Shown in pieces: positions 1 through 16,713 of a DNA stretch of 64,000 nucleotides (position 1 is the stretch's first letter; each line of letters begins with the position of its first letter). Source of the DNA: Escherichia coli (GTDB lineage Bacteria; Pseudomonadota; Gammaproteobacteria; Enterobacterales; Enterobacteriaceae); the NCBI RefSeq assembly GCF_001677475.2, contig NZ_CP015229.1. The stretch is one strand, 5' to 3'. Made by a program: the position numbers and the translations under genes. The notes below the pieces were generated by a model that made no database searches, had not been told where the DNA came from, and saw nothing but the letters and a program-made list of their open reading frames with translations.

Positions 1-1614
1 ATGCTGGTAAAAGAGGGCGACATGCGTTCTCTTCGCGTTCAGCAAGTTTCCACCTCCCGCGGCATGATTACTGACCGTTCTGGTCGCCCGTTAGCGGTGA
101 GCGTGCCGGTAAAAGCGATTTGGGCTGACCCGAAAGAAGTGCATGACGCTGGCGGTATCAGCGTCGGTGACCGCTGGAAGGCGCTGGCTAACGCGCTCAA
201 TATTCCGCTGGATCAGCTTTCAGCCCGCATTAACGCCAACCCGAAAGGGCGCTTTATTTATCTGGCGCGTCAGGTAAACCCTGACATGGCGGACTACATC
301 AAGAAACTGAAACTGCCGGGGATTCATCTGCGTGAAGAATCTCGCCGTTATTATCCATCCGGCGAAGTGACCGCTCACCTTATCGGCTTTACTAACGTCG
401 ATAGTCAGGGGATTGAGGGCGTCGAGAAGAGTTTCGATAAATGGCTTACCGGGCAGCCGGGTGAGCGCATTGTGCGTAAAGACCGCTATGGTCGCGTAAT
501 TGAAGATATTTCTTCTACTGACAGCCAGGCAGCGCACAACCTGGCGCTGAGTATTGATGAACGCCTGCAGGCGCTGGTTTATCGCGAACTGAACAACGCG
601 GTGGCCTTTAACAAGGCTGAATCTGGTAGCGCCGTGCTGGTGGATGTCAACACCGGTGAAGTGCTGGCGATGGCTAACAGCCCATCATACAACCCAAATA
701 ATCTGAGCGGCACGCCGAAAGAGGCAATGCGTAACCGTACCATCACCGACGTGTTTGAACCAGGCTCAACGGTTAAACCGATGGTGGTGATGACCGCGTT
801 GCAACGTGGCGTAGTGCGGGAAAACTCGGTACTCAATACCGTTCCTTATCGAATTAACGGCCACGAAATCAAAGACGTGGCACGCTACAGCGAATTAACC
901 CTGACCGGGGTATTACAGAAGTCGAGTAACGTCGGTGTTTCCAAACTGGCGTTAGCGATGCCGTCCTCAGCGTTAGTAGATACTTACTCACGTTTTGGAC
1001 TGGGAAAAGCGACCAATTTGGGGTTGGTCGGAGAACGCAGTGGCTTATATCCTCAAAAACAACGGTGGTCTGACATAGAGAGGGCCACCTTCTCTTTCGG
1101 CTACGGGCTAATGGTAACACCGTTACAGTTAGCGCGAGTCTACGCAACTATCGGCAGCTACGGCATTTATCGCCCACTGTCGATTACCAAAGTTGACCCC
1201 CCGGTTCCCGGTGAACGTGTCTTCCCGGAATCCATTGTCCGCACCGTGGTGCATATGATGGAAAGCGTGGCGCTACCGGGCGGCGGCGGCGTGAAGGCGG
1301 CGATTAAAGGCTATCGTATCGCCATTAAAACCGGTACCGCGAAAAAGGTCGGGCCGGACGGTCGCTACATCAATAAATATATTGCTTATACCGCAGGCGT
1401 TGCGCCTGCGAGTCAGCCGCGCTTCGCGCTGGTTGTTGTTATCAACGATCCGCAGGCGGGTAAATACTACGGCGGCGCCGTTTCCGCGCCGGTCTTTGGT
1501 GCCATCATGGGCGGCGTATTGCGTACCATGAACATCGAGCCGGATGCGCTGACAACGGGCGATAAAAATGAATTTGTGATTAATCAAGGCGAGGGGACAG
1601 GTGGCAGATCGTAA
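1..1614 (+). CDS. ftsI: Peptidoglycan D,D-transpeptidase FtsI (PBP3), 5-prime truncated by window edge
   Basis: ORF runs from window start to stop at 1612-1614; translation contains transpeptidase motifs (STVKP, SSN, KTG) and matches the PBP3 C-terminal region; followed by murE as in the dcw cluster. Confidence 0.93.
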   Translation: MLVKEGDMRSLRVQQVSTSRGMITDRSGRPLAVSVPVKAIWADPKEVHDAGGISVGDRWKALANALNIPLDQLSARINANPKGRFIYLARQVNPDMADYIKKLKLPGIHLREESRRYYPSGEVTAHLIGFTNVDSQGIEGVEKSFDKWLTGQPGERIVRKDRYGRVIEDISSTDSQAAHNLALSIDERLQALVYRELNNAVAFNKAESGSAVLVDVNTGEVLAMANSPSYNPNNLSGTPKEAMRNRTITDVFEPGSTVKPMVVMTALQRGVVRENSVLNTVPYRINGHEIKDVARYSELTLTGVLQKSSNVGVSKLALAMPSSALVDTYSRFGLGKATNLGLVGERSGLYPQKQRWSDIERATFSFGYGLMVTPLQLARVYATIGSYGIYRPLSITKVDPPVPGERVFPESIVRTVVHMMESVALPGGGGVKAAIKGYRIAIKTGTAKKVGPDGRYINKYIAYTAGVAPASQPRFALVVVINDPQAGKYYGGAVSAPVFGAIMGGVLRTMNIEPDALTTGDKNEFVINQGEGTGGRS

Positions 1615-3088
1615 TTTGCGCGACCTTCTTGCTCCGTGGGTGCCAGACGCACCTTCGCGAGCACTGCGAGAGATGACACTCGACAGCCGTTTGGCTGCGG
1701 CGGGCGATCTCTTTGTAGCTGTAGTAGGTCATCAGGCGGACGGGCGTCGATATATCCCGCAGGCGATAGCGCAAGGTGTGGCTGCCATTATTGCAGAGGC
1801 GAAAGATGAGGCGACCGACGGTGAAATCCGTGAAATGCACGGCGTACCGGTCATCTATCTCAGCCAGCTCAATGAGCGTTTATCTGCACTGGCGGGCCGC
1901 TTTTACCATGAACCCTCTGACAATTTACGTCTCGTAGGCGTAACGGGCACCAACGGCAAAACCACGACTACCCAGCTGCTGGCGCAGTGGAGCCAACTGC
2001 TTGGCGAAACCAGCGCGGTAATGGGCACCGTTGGTAACGGTCTGCTTGGGAAAGTGATCCCGACAGAAAATACTACCGGTTCGGCAGTCGATGTTCAGCA
2101 TGAGCTGGCGGGGCTGGTGGATCAGGGCGCGACGTTTTGCGCAATGGAAGTTTCCTCCCACGGGCTGGTACAGCACCGTGTGGCGGCATTGAAATTTGCG
2201 GCGTCGGTCTTTACCAACTTAAGCCGCGATCACCTTGATTATCATGGTGATATGGAACACTACGAAGCCGCGAAATGGCTGCTTTATTCTGAGCATCATT
2301 GCGGTCAGGCGATTATTAACGCCGACGATGAAGTGGGCCGCCGCTGGCTGGCAAAACTGCCGGACGCGGTTGCGGTATCAATGGAAGATCATATCAATCC
2401 GAACTGTCACGGACGCTGGTTAAAAGCGATCGACGTGAACTATCACGACAGCGGTGCGGTGATTCGCTTTAGCTCAAGTTGGGGCGATGGCGAAATTGAA
2501 AGTCATCTGATGGGCGCTTTTAACGTCAGTAACTTGCTGCTGGCGCTGGCGACACTGCTGGCACTTGGCTATCCATTGACTGAACTGTTGAAAACCGCCG
2601 CGCGTCTGCAACCGGTTTGCGGACGTATGGAAGTGTTCACTGCACCAGGCAAACCGACGGTGGTGGTGGATTACGCGCATACGCCGGATGCACTGGAAAA
2701 AGCCTTACAGGCGGCGCGGCTGCACTGTGCGGGCAAGCTGTGGTGCGTCTTTGGCTGCGGTGGCGATCGCGATAAAGGTAAGCGTCCACTGATGGGCGCA
2801 ATTGCCGAAGAGTTTGCTGACGTGGCGGTGGTGACGGACGATAACCCGCGTACCGAAGAACCGCGTGCCATCATCAACGATATTTTGGCGGGAATGTTAG
2901 ATGCCGGACATGCCAAAGTGATGGAAGGCCGTGCTGAAGCGGTGACTTGCGCCGTTATGCAGGCTAAAGAGAATGATGTGGTACTGGTCGCGGGCAAAGG
3001 CCATGAGGATTACCAGATTGTTGGCAATCAGCGTCTGGACTACTCCGATCGCGTCACGGTGGCGCGTCTGCTGGGGGTGATTGCATGA
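1601..3088 (+). CDS. murE: UDP-N-acetylmuramoyl-L-alanyl-D-glutamate--2,6-diaminopimelate ligase
   Basis: 495-aa ORF, GTG start overlapping ftsI end, Mur ligase P-loop GTNGKTT, dcw gene order. Confidence 0.95.
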   Translation: MADRNLRDLLAPWVPDAPSRALREMTLDSRLAAAGDLFVAVVGHQADGRRYIPQAIAQGVAAIIAEAKDEATDGEIREMHGVPVIYLSQLNERLSALAGRFYHEPSDNLRLVGVTGTNGKTTTTQLLAQWSQLLGETSAVMGTVGNGLLGKVIPTENTTGSAVDVQHELAGLVDQGATFCAMEVSSHGLVQHRVAALKFAASVFTNLSRDHLDYHGDMEHYEAAKWLLYSEHHCGQAIINADDEVGRRWLAKLPDAVAVSMEDHINPNCHGRWLKAIDVNYHDSGAVIRFSSSWGDGEIESHLMGAFNVSNLLLALATLLALGYPLTELLKTAARLQPVCGRMEVFTAPGKPTVVVDYAHTPDALEKALQAARLHCAGKLWCVFGCGGDRDKGKRPLMGAIAEEFADVAVVTDDNPRTEEPRAIINDILAGMLDAGHAKVMEGRAEAVTCAVMQAKENDVVLVAGKGHEDYQIVGNQRLDYSDRVTVARLLGVIA

Positions 3089-4443
3089 TTAGCGTAACCC
3101 TTAGCCAACTTACCGCTATTCTCAACGGTGAACTGCAAGGTGCAGATATCACCCTTGATGCTGTAACCACTGATACCCGTAAACTCACGCCGGGCTGCCT
3201 GTTTGTTGCCCTGAAAGGCGAACGTTTCGATGCTCATGATTTTGCCGACCAGGCGAAAGCTGGCGGCGCGGGCGCACTACTGGTCAGCCGTCCGCTGGAT
3301 ATCGATCTGCCGCAGTTAATCGTCAAGGATACGCGTCTGGCGTTTGGTGAACTGGCTGCATGGGTTCGCCAGCAAGTTCCGGCGCGCGTGGTTGCTCTGA
3401 CGGGTTCCTCCGGCAAAACCTCCGTTAAAGAGATGACGGCGGCGATTTTAAGCCAGTGCGGCAACACGCTTTATACGGCAGGCAATCTCAACAACGACAT
3501 CGGCGTGCCGATGACGCTGCTGCGCTTAACGCCGGAATACGATTACGCAGTTATTGAACTTGGCGCGAACCATCAGGGCGAAATTGCCTGGACTGTGAGT
3601 CTGACTCGCCCGGAAGCGGCGCTGGTCAATAACCTGGCGGCAGCGCATCTGGAAGGTTTCGGTTCTTTGGCTGGCGTGGCAAAAGCGAAAGGCGAAATCT
3701 TTAGCGGCCTGCCGGAAAACGGTATCGCCATTATGAATGCCGACAACAACGACTGGCTGAACTGGCAGAGCGTAATTGGCTCACGCAAAGTGTGGCGTTT
3801 CTCACCCAATGCCGCCAACAGCGATTTCACCGCCACCAACATCCATGTGACTTCGCACGGTACGGAATTTACCCTGCAAACCCCAACCGGTAGCGTCGAT
3901 GTTCTGCTGCCGCTTCCAGGGCGTCACAATATTGCGAATGCGCTGGCAGCCGCTGCGCTCTCCATGTCCGTGGGCGCAACGCTTGATGCTATCAAAGCGG
4001 GGCTGGCAAATCTGAAAGCTGTTCCAGGTCGTTTGTTCCCCATTCAACTGGCGGAAAACCAGTTGCTGCTTGACGACTCCTACAACGCTAACGTCGGTTC
4101 CATGACCGCCGCTGTTCAGGTTCTGGCTGAGATGCCGGGCTACCGTGTACTGGTTGTCGGCGATATGGCGGAACTGGGCGCTGAAAGCGAAGCCTGCCAT
4201 GTACAGGTGGGCGAAGCGGCAAAAGCTGCCGGTATTGACCGTGTATTAAGCGTGGGTAAACAAAGCCATGCTATCAGCACCGCCAGCGGTGTTGGCGAAC
4301 ATTTTGCTGATAAATCCGCGTTAATTACGCGTCTTAAGTCACTGATTGCAGAGCAACAGGTGATTACGATTTTAGTTAAGGGTTCACGTAGTGCTGCCAT
4401 GGAAGAGGTAGTACGCGCTTTACAGGAGAATGGGACATGTTAG
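3085..4443 (+). CDS. murF: UDP-MurNAc-tripeptide--D-alanyl-D-alanine ligase
   Basis: 452-aa ORF overlapping murE stop, Mur ligase motif GSSGKTS, dcw order. Confidence 0.95.
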   Translation: MISVTLSQLTAILNGELQGADITLDAVTTDTRKLTPGCLFVALKGERFDAHDFADQAKAGGAGALLVSRPLDIDLPQLIVKDTRLAFGELAAWVRQQVPARVVALTGSSGKTSVKEMTAAILSQCGNTLYTAGNLNNDIGVPMTLLRLTPEYDYAVIELGANHQGEIAWTVSLTRPEAALVNNLAAAHLEGFGSLAGVAKAKGEIFSGLPENGIAIMNADNNDWLNWQSVIGSRKVWRFSPNAANSDFTATNIHVTSHGTEFTLQTPTGSVDVLLPLPGRHNIANALAAAALSMSVGATLDAIKAGLANLKAVPGRLFPIQLAENQLLLDDSYNANVGSMTAAVQVLAEMPGYRVLVVGDMAELGAESEACHVQVGEAAKAAGIDRVLSVGKQSHAISTASGVGEHFADKSALITRLKSLIAEQQVITILVKGSRSAAMEEVVRALQENGTC

Positions 4444-5519
4444 TTTGGCTGGCCGAACATTTGGTCAAATATTATTCCGGCTTTAACGTCTTTTCCTATC
4501 TGACGTTTCGCGCCATCGTCAGCCTGCTGACCGCGCTGTTCATCTCATTGTGGATGGGGCAGCGCATGATTGCTCATCTGCAAAAACTCTCCTTTGGTCA
4601 GGTGGTGCGTAACGATGGCCCGGAATCGCACTTCAGCAAGCGCGGTACGCCGACTATGGGCGGGATTATGATCCTGACGGCGATTGTGATCTCCGTACTG
4701 CTGTGGGCTTACCCGTCTAACCCGTATGTCTGGTGCGTACTGGTGGTGCTGGTTGGTTACGGCATCATTGGCTTCGTTGATGACTATCGCAAAGTGGTGC
4801 GCAAAGACACCAAAGGGTTGATCGCACGCTGGAAGTATTTCTGGATGTCGGTCATTGCTCTGGGTGTTGCTTTCGCTTTGTACCTTGCCGGCAAAGACAC
4901 GCCCGCAACGCAGTTGGTGGTCCCATTCTTTAAAGATGTGATGCCGCAACTGGGGCTGTTCTACATTCTGCTGGCTTACTTCGTCATTGTGGGTACTGGC
5001 AACGCGGTAAACCTGACCGATGGTCTTGACGGTCTGGCAATTATGCCGACCGTATTTGTCGCCGGTGGTTTTGCACTGGTGGCGTGGGCGACCGGCAATA
5101 TGAACTTTGCCAGCTATTTACACATACCGTATCTGCGACACGCCGGGGAACTGGTTATTGTCTGTACCGCGATAGTCGGGGCAGGACTGGGCTTCCTGTG
5201 GTTTAACACTTATCCGGCGCAGGTATTTATGGGCGATGTAGGTTCGCTGGCGTTAGGTGGTGCGTTAGGCATTATCGCCGTACTGCTGCGTCAGGAATTC
5301 CTGCTGGTGATTATGGGGGGCGTGTTCGTGGTAGAAACGCTTTCTGTCATCCTGCAGGTCGGCTCCTTTAAACTGCGCGGACAACGTATTTTCCGCATGG
5401 CACCGATTCATCACCACTATGAACTGAAAGGCTGGCCGGAACCGCGCGTCATTGTGCGTTTCTGGATTATTTCGCTGATGCTGGTCCTGATTGGTCTGGC
5501 AACGCTGAAGGTACGTTAA
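4437..5519 (+). CDS. mraY: Phospho-N-acetylmuramoyl-pentapeptide transferase
   Basis: 360-aa polytopic membrane protein ORF, ATG at 4437 overlapping murF end, dcw order. Confidence 0.95.
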   Translation: MLVWLAEHLVKYYSGFNVFSYLTFRAIVSLLTALFISLWMGQRMIAHLQKLSFGQVVRNDGPESHFSKRGTPTMGGIMILTAIVISVLLWAYPSNPYVWCVLVVLVGYGIIGFVDDYRKVVRKDTKGLIARWKYFWMSVIALGVAFALYLAGKDTPATQLVVPFFKDVMPQLGLFYILLAYFVIVGTGNAVNLTDGLDGLAIMPTVFVAGGFALVAWATGNMNFASYLHIPYLRHAGELVIVCTAIVGAGLGFLWFNTYPAQVFMGDVGSLALGGALGIIAVLLRQEFLLVIMGGVFVVETLSVILQVGSFKLRGQRIFRMAPIHHHYELKGWPEPRVIVRFWIISLMLVLIGLATLKVR

Positions 5520-5521
5520 TC

Positions 5522-6838
5522 ATGGCTGATTACCAGGGTAAAAATGTTGTCATTATCGGCCTGGGCCTCACCGGGCTTTCCTGCGTGGACTTTTTCCTCG
5601 CTCGCGGTGTGACGCCGCGCGTTATGGATACGCGTATGACACCGCCTGGCCTGGATAAATTACCCGAAGCCGTAGAACGCCACACGGGCGGTCTGAATGA
5701 TGAATGGCTGATGGCGGCCGATCTGATTGTCGCCAGTCCCGGTATTGCACTTGCGCATCCATCCTTAAGCGCTGCCGCTGATGCCGGAATCGAAATTGTT
5801 GGCGATATCGAGCTGTTCTGTCGCGAAGCACAAGCACCAATTGTGGCGATTACCGGTTCTAACGGCAAAAGCACGGTCACCACGCTAGTGGGTGAAATGG
5901 CGAAAGCGGCGGGGGTTAACGTTGGTGTGGGTGGCAATATTGGCCTGCCTGCGTTGATGCTGCTGGATGATGAGTGCGAACTGTACGTGCTGGAGCTGTC
6001 GAGCTTCCAGCTTGAAACCACCTCCAGTTTACAGGCGGTAGCAGCGACCATTCTGAACGTGACTGAAGATCATATGGATCGCTATCCGTTTGGTTTACAA
6101 CAGTATCGTGCAGCAAAACTGCGCATTTACGAAAACGCAAAAATTTGCGTGGTTAATGCTGATGATGCCTTAACAATGCCGATTCGCGGTGCGGATGAAC
6201 GCTGCGTCAGCTTTGGCGTCAACATGGGTGACTATCACCTGAATCATCAGCAGGGTGAAACCTGGCTGCGGGTGAAGGGCGAGAAAGTGCTGAACGTGAA
6301 AGAAATGAAACTTTCTGGGCAGCATAACTACACCAATGCGCTGGCGGCGCTGGCGCTGGCAGATGCCGCAGGGTTACCGCGTGCCAGCAGCCTGAAAGCG
6401 TTAACCACATTCACTGGTCTGCCGCATCGCTTTGAAGTTGTGCTGGAGCATAACGGCGTACGCTGGATTAACGATTCAAAAGCGACCAACGTCGGCAGTA
6501 CGGAAGCGGCACTGAATGGCCTGCACGTAGACGGCACGCTGCATTTGTTGCTGGGCGGCGATGGTAAATCGGCAGATTTTAGCCCACTGGCGCGTTACCT
6601 GAATGGCGATAACGTACGTCTGTATTGTTTCGGTCGGGACGGCGCGCAGCTGGCGGCGCTACGCCCGGAAGTGGCAGAACAAACCGAAACCATGGAACAG
6701 GCGATGCGCTTGCTGGCTCCGCGTGTTCAGCCGGGCGATATGGTTCTGCTCTCCCCGGCCTGTGCCAGCCTTGATCAGTTCAAGAACTTTGAACAACGAG
6801 GCAATGAGTTTGCCCGTCTGGCGAAGGAGTTAGGTTGA
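5522..6838 (+). CDS. murD: UDP-N-acetylmuramoylalanine--D-glutamate ligase
   Basis: 438-aa ORF with GSNGKST P-loop, immediately after mraY. Confidence 0.95.
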
Positions 6839-8082
6839 TGCGTTTATCTCTCCCTCGCCTGAAAATGCCGCGCCTGCCAGGATTCAGTATCCTGGTCTGG
6901 ATCTCCACGGCGCTAAAGGGCTGGGTGATGGGCTCGCGGGAAAAAGATACCGACAGCCTGATCATGTACGATCGCACCTTACTGTGGCTGACCTTCGGCC
7001 TCGCGGCGATTGGCTTTATCATGGTGACCTCGGCGTCAATGCCCATAGGGCAACGCTTAACCAACGATCCGTTCTTCTTCGCGAAGCGTGATGGCGTCTA
7101 TCTGATCCTGGCGTTCATTCTGGCGATCATTACGCTGCGTCTGCCGATGGAGTTCTGGCAACGCTACAGTGCCACGATGCTGCTCGGCTCTATCATCCTG
7201 CTGATGATCGTTCTGGTAGTGGGTAGCTCGGTTAAAGGGGCATCGCGTTGGATCGATCTCGGTTTGCTGCGTATCCAGCCTGCGGAGCTGACAAAACTGT
7301 CGCTGTTTTGCTATATCGCCAACTATCTGGTGCGTAAAGGCGACGAAGTACGTAATAACCTGCGCGGCTTCCTGAAACCGATGGGCGTGATTCTGGTGTT
7401 GGCAGTGTTACTGCTGGCACAGCCAGACCTTGGTACGGTGGTGGTGTTGTTTGTGACTACGCTGGCGATGTTGTTCCTGGCGGGAGCGAAATTGTGGCAG
7501 TTCATTGCCATTATTGGTATGGGCATTTCAGCGGTTGTGTTGCTGATCCTCGCCGAACCGTACCGTATCCGCCGTGTTACCGCATTCTGGAACCCGTGGG
7601 AAGATCCCTTTGGCAGCGGCTATCAGTTAACGCAATCGCTGATGGCGTTTGGTCGCGGCGAACTTTGGGGGCAAGGTTTAGGTAACTCGGTACAAAAACT
7701 GGAGTATCTGCCGGAAGCGCACACTGACTTTATTTTCGCCATTATCGGCGAAGAATTAGGTTATGTCGGTGTGGTACTAGCACTTTTAATGGTATTCTTC
7801 GTCGCTTTTCGTGCGATGTCGATTGGCCGCAAAGCATTAGAAATTGACCACCGTTTTTCCGGTTTTCTCGCCTGTTCCATTGGCATCTGGTTTAGCTTCC
7901 AGGCGCTGGTTAACGTAGGCGCGGCGGCGGGGATGTTACCGACCAAAGGTCTGACATTGCCGCTGATCAGTTACGGTGGTTCGAGCTTACTGATTATGTC
8001 GACAGCCATCATGATGCTGTTGCGTATTGATTATGAAACGCGTCTGGAGAAAGCGCAGGCGTTTGTACGAGGTTCACGATGA
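6838..8082 (+). CDS. ftsW: Peptidoglycan glycosyltransferase / lipid II flippase FtsW (SEDS family)
   Basis: Track ORF starts at TTG 6835; ATG at 6838 overlaps the murD stop (ATGA) and gives the 414-aa product; multi-TM SEDS-like sequence. Confidence 0.9.
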
Positions 8083-9146
8083 GTGGTCAAGGAAAGCGAT
8101 TAATGGTGATGGCAGGCGGAACCGGTGGACATGTATTCCCGGGACTGGCGGTTGCGCACCATCTAATGGCTCAGGGTTGGCAAGTTCGTTGGCTGGGGAC
8201 TGCCGACCGTATGGAAGCGGACTTAGTGCCAAAACATGGCATCGAAATTGATTTCATTCGTATCTCTGGTCTGCGTGGAAAAGGTATAAAAGCACTGATA
8301 GCTGCGCCGCTGCGTATCTTCAACGCCTGGCGTCAGGCACGGGCGATTATGAAAGCGTACAAACCAGACGTGGTGCTCGGTATGGGCGGCTACGTATCAG
8401 GTCCAGGTGGTCTGGCCGCGTGGTCGTTAGGCATTCCGGTCGTACTGCACGAGCAAAACGGCATCGCGGGCTTAACCAATAAATGGCTGGCAAAAATTGC
8501 CACTAAAGTGATGCAGGCATTTCCGGGGGCTTTCCCTAATGCGGAAGTGGTGGGTAACCCGGTGCGTACCGATGTGCTGGCGCTGCCGTTGCCGCAGCAA
8601 CGTTTGGCTGGACGTGAAGGTCCGGTTCGTGTGTTGGTAGTGGGTGGTTCACAGGGCGCACGCATTCTTAACCAGACAATGCCGCAGGTTGCTGCGAAAC
8701 TGGGTGATTCAGTCACTATCTGGCATCAGAGCGGCAAAGGTTCGCAACAATCCGTTGAACAGGCGTATGCCGAAGCGGGGCAACCGCAGCATAAAGTGAC
8801 GGAATTTATTGATGATATGGCGGCGGCGTATGCGTGGGCGGATGTCGTCGTTTGCCGCTCCGGTGCGTTAACGGTGAGTGAAATCGCCGCGGCAGGACTA
8901 CCGGCGTTGTTTGTGCCGTTTCAACATAAAGACCGCCAGCAATACTGGAATGCGCTACCGCTGGAAAAAGCGGGCGCAGCCAAAATTATCGAGCAGCCAC
9001 AGCTTAGCGTGGATGCTGTCGCCAACACCCTGGCCGGGTGGTCGCGAGAAACCTTATTAACCATGGCAGAACGCGCCCGCGCTGCATCCATTCCGGATGC
9101 CACCGAGCGAGTGGCAAATGAAGTGAGCCGGGCTGCCCGGGCGTAA
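8079..9146 (+). CDS. murG: UDP-GlcNAc:lipid I GlcNAc transferase
   Basis: 355-aa ORF, N-terminal GGTGGHVFP glycosyltransferase motif, overlaps ftsW stop. Confidence 0.95.
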
Positions 9147-9199
9147 TTGTAGCGATGCCTTTTGCATCGTATGAATTTAAGAAGTTAATGGCGTAAAGA

Positions 9200-11588
<2,389 letters not shown>

Positions 11589-11589
11589 T

Positions 11590-12420
11590 ATGTCGCAGGC
11601 TGCTCTGAACACGCGAAACAGCGAAGAAGAGGTTTCTTCTCGCCGCAATAATGGAACGCGTCTGGCGGGGATCCTTTTCCTGCTGACCGTTTTAACGACA
11701 GTGTTGGTGAGCGGCTGGGTCGTGTTGGGCTGGATGGAAGATGCGCAACGCCTGCCGCTCTCAAAGCTGGTGTTGACCGGTGAACGCCATTACACACGTA
11801 ATGACGATATCCGGCAGTCGATCCTGGCATTGGGTGAGCCGGGTACCTTTATGACCCAGGATGTCAACATCATCCAGACGCAAATAGAACAACGCCTGCC
11901 GTGGATTAAGCAGGTGAGCGTCAGAAAGCAGTGGCCTGATGAATTGAAGATTCATCTGGTTGAATATGTGCCGATTGCGCGGTGGAATGATCAACACATG
12001 GTAGACGCGGAAGGAAACACCTTCAGCGTGCCGCCAGATCGCACCAGCAAGCAGGTGCTTCCAATGCTGTATGGCCCGGAAGGCAGCGCCAATGAAGTGT
12101 TGCAGGGCTATCGCGAAATGGGGCAGATGCTGGCAAAGGACAGATTTACTCTGAAGGAAGCGGCGATGACCGCGCGGCGTTCCTGGCAGTTGACGCTGAA
12201 TAACGATATTAAGCTCAATCTTGGCCGGGGCGATACGATGAAACGTTTGGCTCGCTTTGTAGAACTTTATCCGGTTTTACAGCAGCAGGCGCAAACCGAT
12301 GGCAAACGGATTAGCTACGTTGATTTGCGTTATGACTCTGGAGCAGCAGTAGGCTGGGCGTCCTTGCCACCAGAGGAATCTACTCAGCAACAAAATCAGG
12401 CACAGGCAGAACAACAATGA
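11590..12420 (+). CDS. ftsQ: Cell division protein FtsQ
   Basis: 276-aa ORF with single N-terminal TM segment, between ddlB and ftsA. Confidence 0.94.
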   Translation: MSQAALNTRNSEEEVSSRRNNGTRLAGILFLLTVLTTVLVSGWVVLGWMEDAQRLPLSKLVLTGERHYTRNDDIRQSILALGEPGTFMTQDVNIIQTQIEQRLPWIKQVSVRKQWPDELKIHLVEYVPIARWNDQHMVDAEGNTFSVPPDRTSKQVLPMLYGPEGSANEVLQGYREMGQMLAKDRFTLKEAAMTARRSWQLTLNNDIKLNLGRGDTMKRLARFVELYPVLQQQAQTDGKRISYVDLRYDSGAAVGWASLPPEESTQQQNQAQAEQQ

Positions 12421-13679
12421 TCAAGGCGACGGACAGAAAACTGGTAGTAGGACTGGAGATTGGTACCGCGAAGGTTGCCGCTTTAGTAGGGGAAGTTCTG
12501 CCCGACGGTATGGTCAATATCATTGGCGTGGGCAGTTGCCCGTCGCGTGGTATGGATAAAGGCGGGGTGAACGACCTCGAATCCGTGGTCAAGTGCGTAC
12601 AACGTGCCATTGACCAGGCAGAATTGATGGCAGATTGTCAGATCTCTTCGGTATATCTGGCGCTTTCTGGTAAGCACATCAGCTGCCAGAATGAAATTGG
12701 TATGGTGCCTATTTCTGAAGAAGAAGTAACGCAAGAAGATGTGGAAAACGTCGTCCATACCGCGAAATCGGTGCGTGTGCGCGATGAGCATCGTGTACTG
12801 CATGTGATCCCGCAAGAGTATGCGATTGACTATCAGGAAGGGATCAAGAATCCGGTAGGACTTTCGGGCGTGCGGATGCAGGCAAAAGTGCACCTGATCA
12901 CATGTCACAACGATATGGCGAAAAACATCGTCAAAGCGGTTGAACGTTGTGGGCTGAAAGTTGACCAACTGATATTTGCCGGACTGGCATCAAGTTATTC
13001 GGTATTGACGGAAGATGAACGTGAACTGGGTGTCTGCGTCGTTGATATCGGTGGTGGTACAATGGATATCGCCGTTTATACCGGTGGGGCATTGCGCCAC
13101 ACTAAGGTAATTCCTTATGCTGGCAATGTCGTGACCAGTGATATCGCTTACGCCTTTGGCACGCCGCCAAGCGACGCCGAAGCGATTAAAGTTCGCCACG
13201 GTTGTGCGCTGGGTTCCATCGTTGGAAAAGATGAGAGCGTGGAAGTGCCGAGCGTAGGCGGTCGTCCGCCGCGGAGTCTGCAACGTCAGACCCTGGCAGA
13301 GGTGATCGAGCCGCGCTATACCGAGCTGCTCAACCTGGTCAACGAAGAGATATTGCAGTTGCAGGAAAAGCTTCGCCAACAAGGGGTTAAACATCACCTG
13401 GCGGCAGGCATTGTTTTAACTGGTGGTGCAGCGCAGATCGAAGGTCTTGCAGCCTGTGCTCAGCGCGTGTTTCATACGCAAGTGCGTATCGGTGCGCCGC
13501 TGAACATTACCGGTTTAACGGATTATGCTCAGGAGCCGTATTATTCGACGGCGGTGGGATTGCTTCACTATGGGAAAGAGTCACATCTTAACGGTGAAGC
13601 TGAAGTAGAAAAACGTGTTACAGCATCAGTTGGCTCGTGGATCAAGCGACTCAATAGTTGGCTGCGAAAAGAGTTTTAA
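12417..13679 (+). CDS. ftsA: Cell division protein FtsA (actin-like ATPase)
   Basis: 420-aa ORF, overlaps ftsQ stop, precedes ftsZ. Confidence 0.95.
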   Translation: MIKATDRKLVVGLEIGTAKVAALVGEVLPDGMVNIIGVGSCPSRGMDKGGVNDLESVVKCVQRAIDQAELMADCQISSVYLALSGKHISCQNEIGMVPISEEEVTQEDVENVVHTAKSVRVRDEHRVLHVIPQEYAIDYQEGIKNPVGLSGVRMQAKVHLITCHNDMAKNIVKAVERCGLKVDQLIFAGLASSYSVLTEDERELGVCVVDIGGGTMDIAVYTGGALRHTKVIPYAGNVVTSDIAYAFGTPPSDAEAIKVRHGCALGSIVGKDESVEVPSVGGRPPRSLQRQTLAEVIEPRYTELLNLVNEEILQLQEKLRQQGVKHHLAAGIVLTGGAAQIEGLAACAQRVFHTQVRIGAPLNITGLTDYAQEPYYSTAVGLLHYGKESHLNGEAEVEKRVTASVGSWIKRLNSWLRKEF

Positions 13680-13739
13680 TTTTTATGAGGCCGACGATGA
13701 TTACGGCCTCAGGCGACAGGCACAAATCGGAGAGAAACT

Positions 13740-14891
13740 ATGTTTGAACCAATGGAACTTACCAATGACGCGGTGATTAAAGTCATCGGCGTCGGCGGCG
13801 GCGGCGGTAATGCTGTTGAACACATGGTGCGCGAACGCATTGAAGGTGTTGAATTCTTCGCGGTAAATACCGATGCACAAGCGCTGCGTAAAACAGCGGT
13901 TGGACAGACGATTCAAATCGGTAGCGGTATCACCAAAGGACTGGGCGCTGGCGCTAATCCAGAAGTTGGCCGCAATGCGGCTGATGAGGATCGCGATGCA
14001 CTGCGTGCGGCGCTGGAAGGTGCAGACATGGTCTTTATTGCTGCAGGTATGGGTGGAGGTACCGGTACAGGTGCAGCACCAGTCGTCGCTGAAGTGGCAA
14101 AAGATTTGGGTATCCTGACCGTTGCTGTCGTCACTAAGCCTTTCAACTTTGAAGGCAAGAAGCGTATGGCATTCGCGGAGCAGGGGATCACTGAACTGTC
14201 CAAGCATGTGGACTCTCTGATCACTATCCCGAACGACAAACTGCTGAAAGTTCTGGGCCGCGGTATCTCCCTTCTGGATGCGTTTGGCGCAGCGAACGAC
14301 GTACTCAAAGGCGCTGTGCAAGGTATCGCCGAACTGATTACTCGTCCGGGTTTGATGAATGTGGACTTTGCAGACGTACGCACCGTAATGTCTGAAATGG
14401 GCTACGCAATGATGGGTTCTGGCGTGGCGAGCGGTGAAGACCGTGCGGAAGAAGCTGCTGAAATGGCTATCTCTTCTCCGCTGCTGGAAGATATCGACCT
14501 GTCTGGCGCACGCGGCGTGCTGGTTAACATCACGGCGGGCTTCGACCTGCGTCTGGATGAGTTCGAAACGGTAGGTAACACCATCCGTGCATTTGCTTCC
14601 GACAACGCGACTGTGGTTATCGGTACTTCTCTTGACCCGGATATGAATGACGAGCTGCGCGTAACTGTTGTTGCGACAGGTATCGGCATGGACAAACGTC
14701 CTGAAATCACTCTGGTGACCAATAAGCAGGTTCAGCAGCCAGTGATGGATCGCTACCAGCAGCACGGGATGGCTCCGCTGACCCAGGAGCAGAAGCCGGT
14801 TGCTAAAGTCGTGAATGACAATGCACCGCAAACTGCGAAAGAGCCGGATTATCTGGATATCCCAGCATTCCTGCGTAAGCAAGCTGATTAA
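13740..14891 (+). CDS. ftsZ: Cell division GTPase FtsZ
   Basis: 383-aa ORF with tubulin signature GGGTGTG and conserved C-terminal DIPAFLR peptide. Confidence 0.97.
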
Positions 14892-14970
14892 GAATTGACT
14901 GGAATTTGGGTTTCGAGGCTCTTTGTGCTAAACTGGCCCGCCGAATGTATAGTACACTTCGGTTGGATAG

Positions 14971-15909
<939 letters not shown>

Positions 15910-15936
15910 CGACATTTACACTGTCGTATAAAATTC

Positions 15937-16652
<716 letters not shown>

Positions 16653-16713
16653 CAACAATAAACCTTTACTTCATTTTATTAACTCCGCAACGCGGGGCGT
16701 TTGAGATTTTATT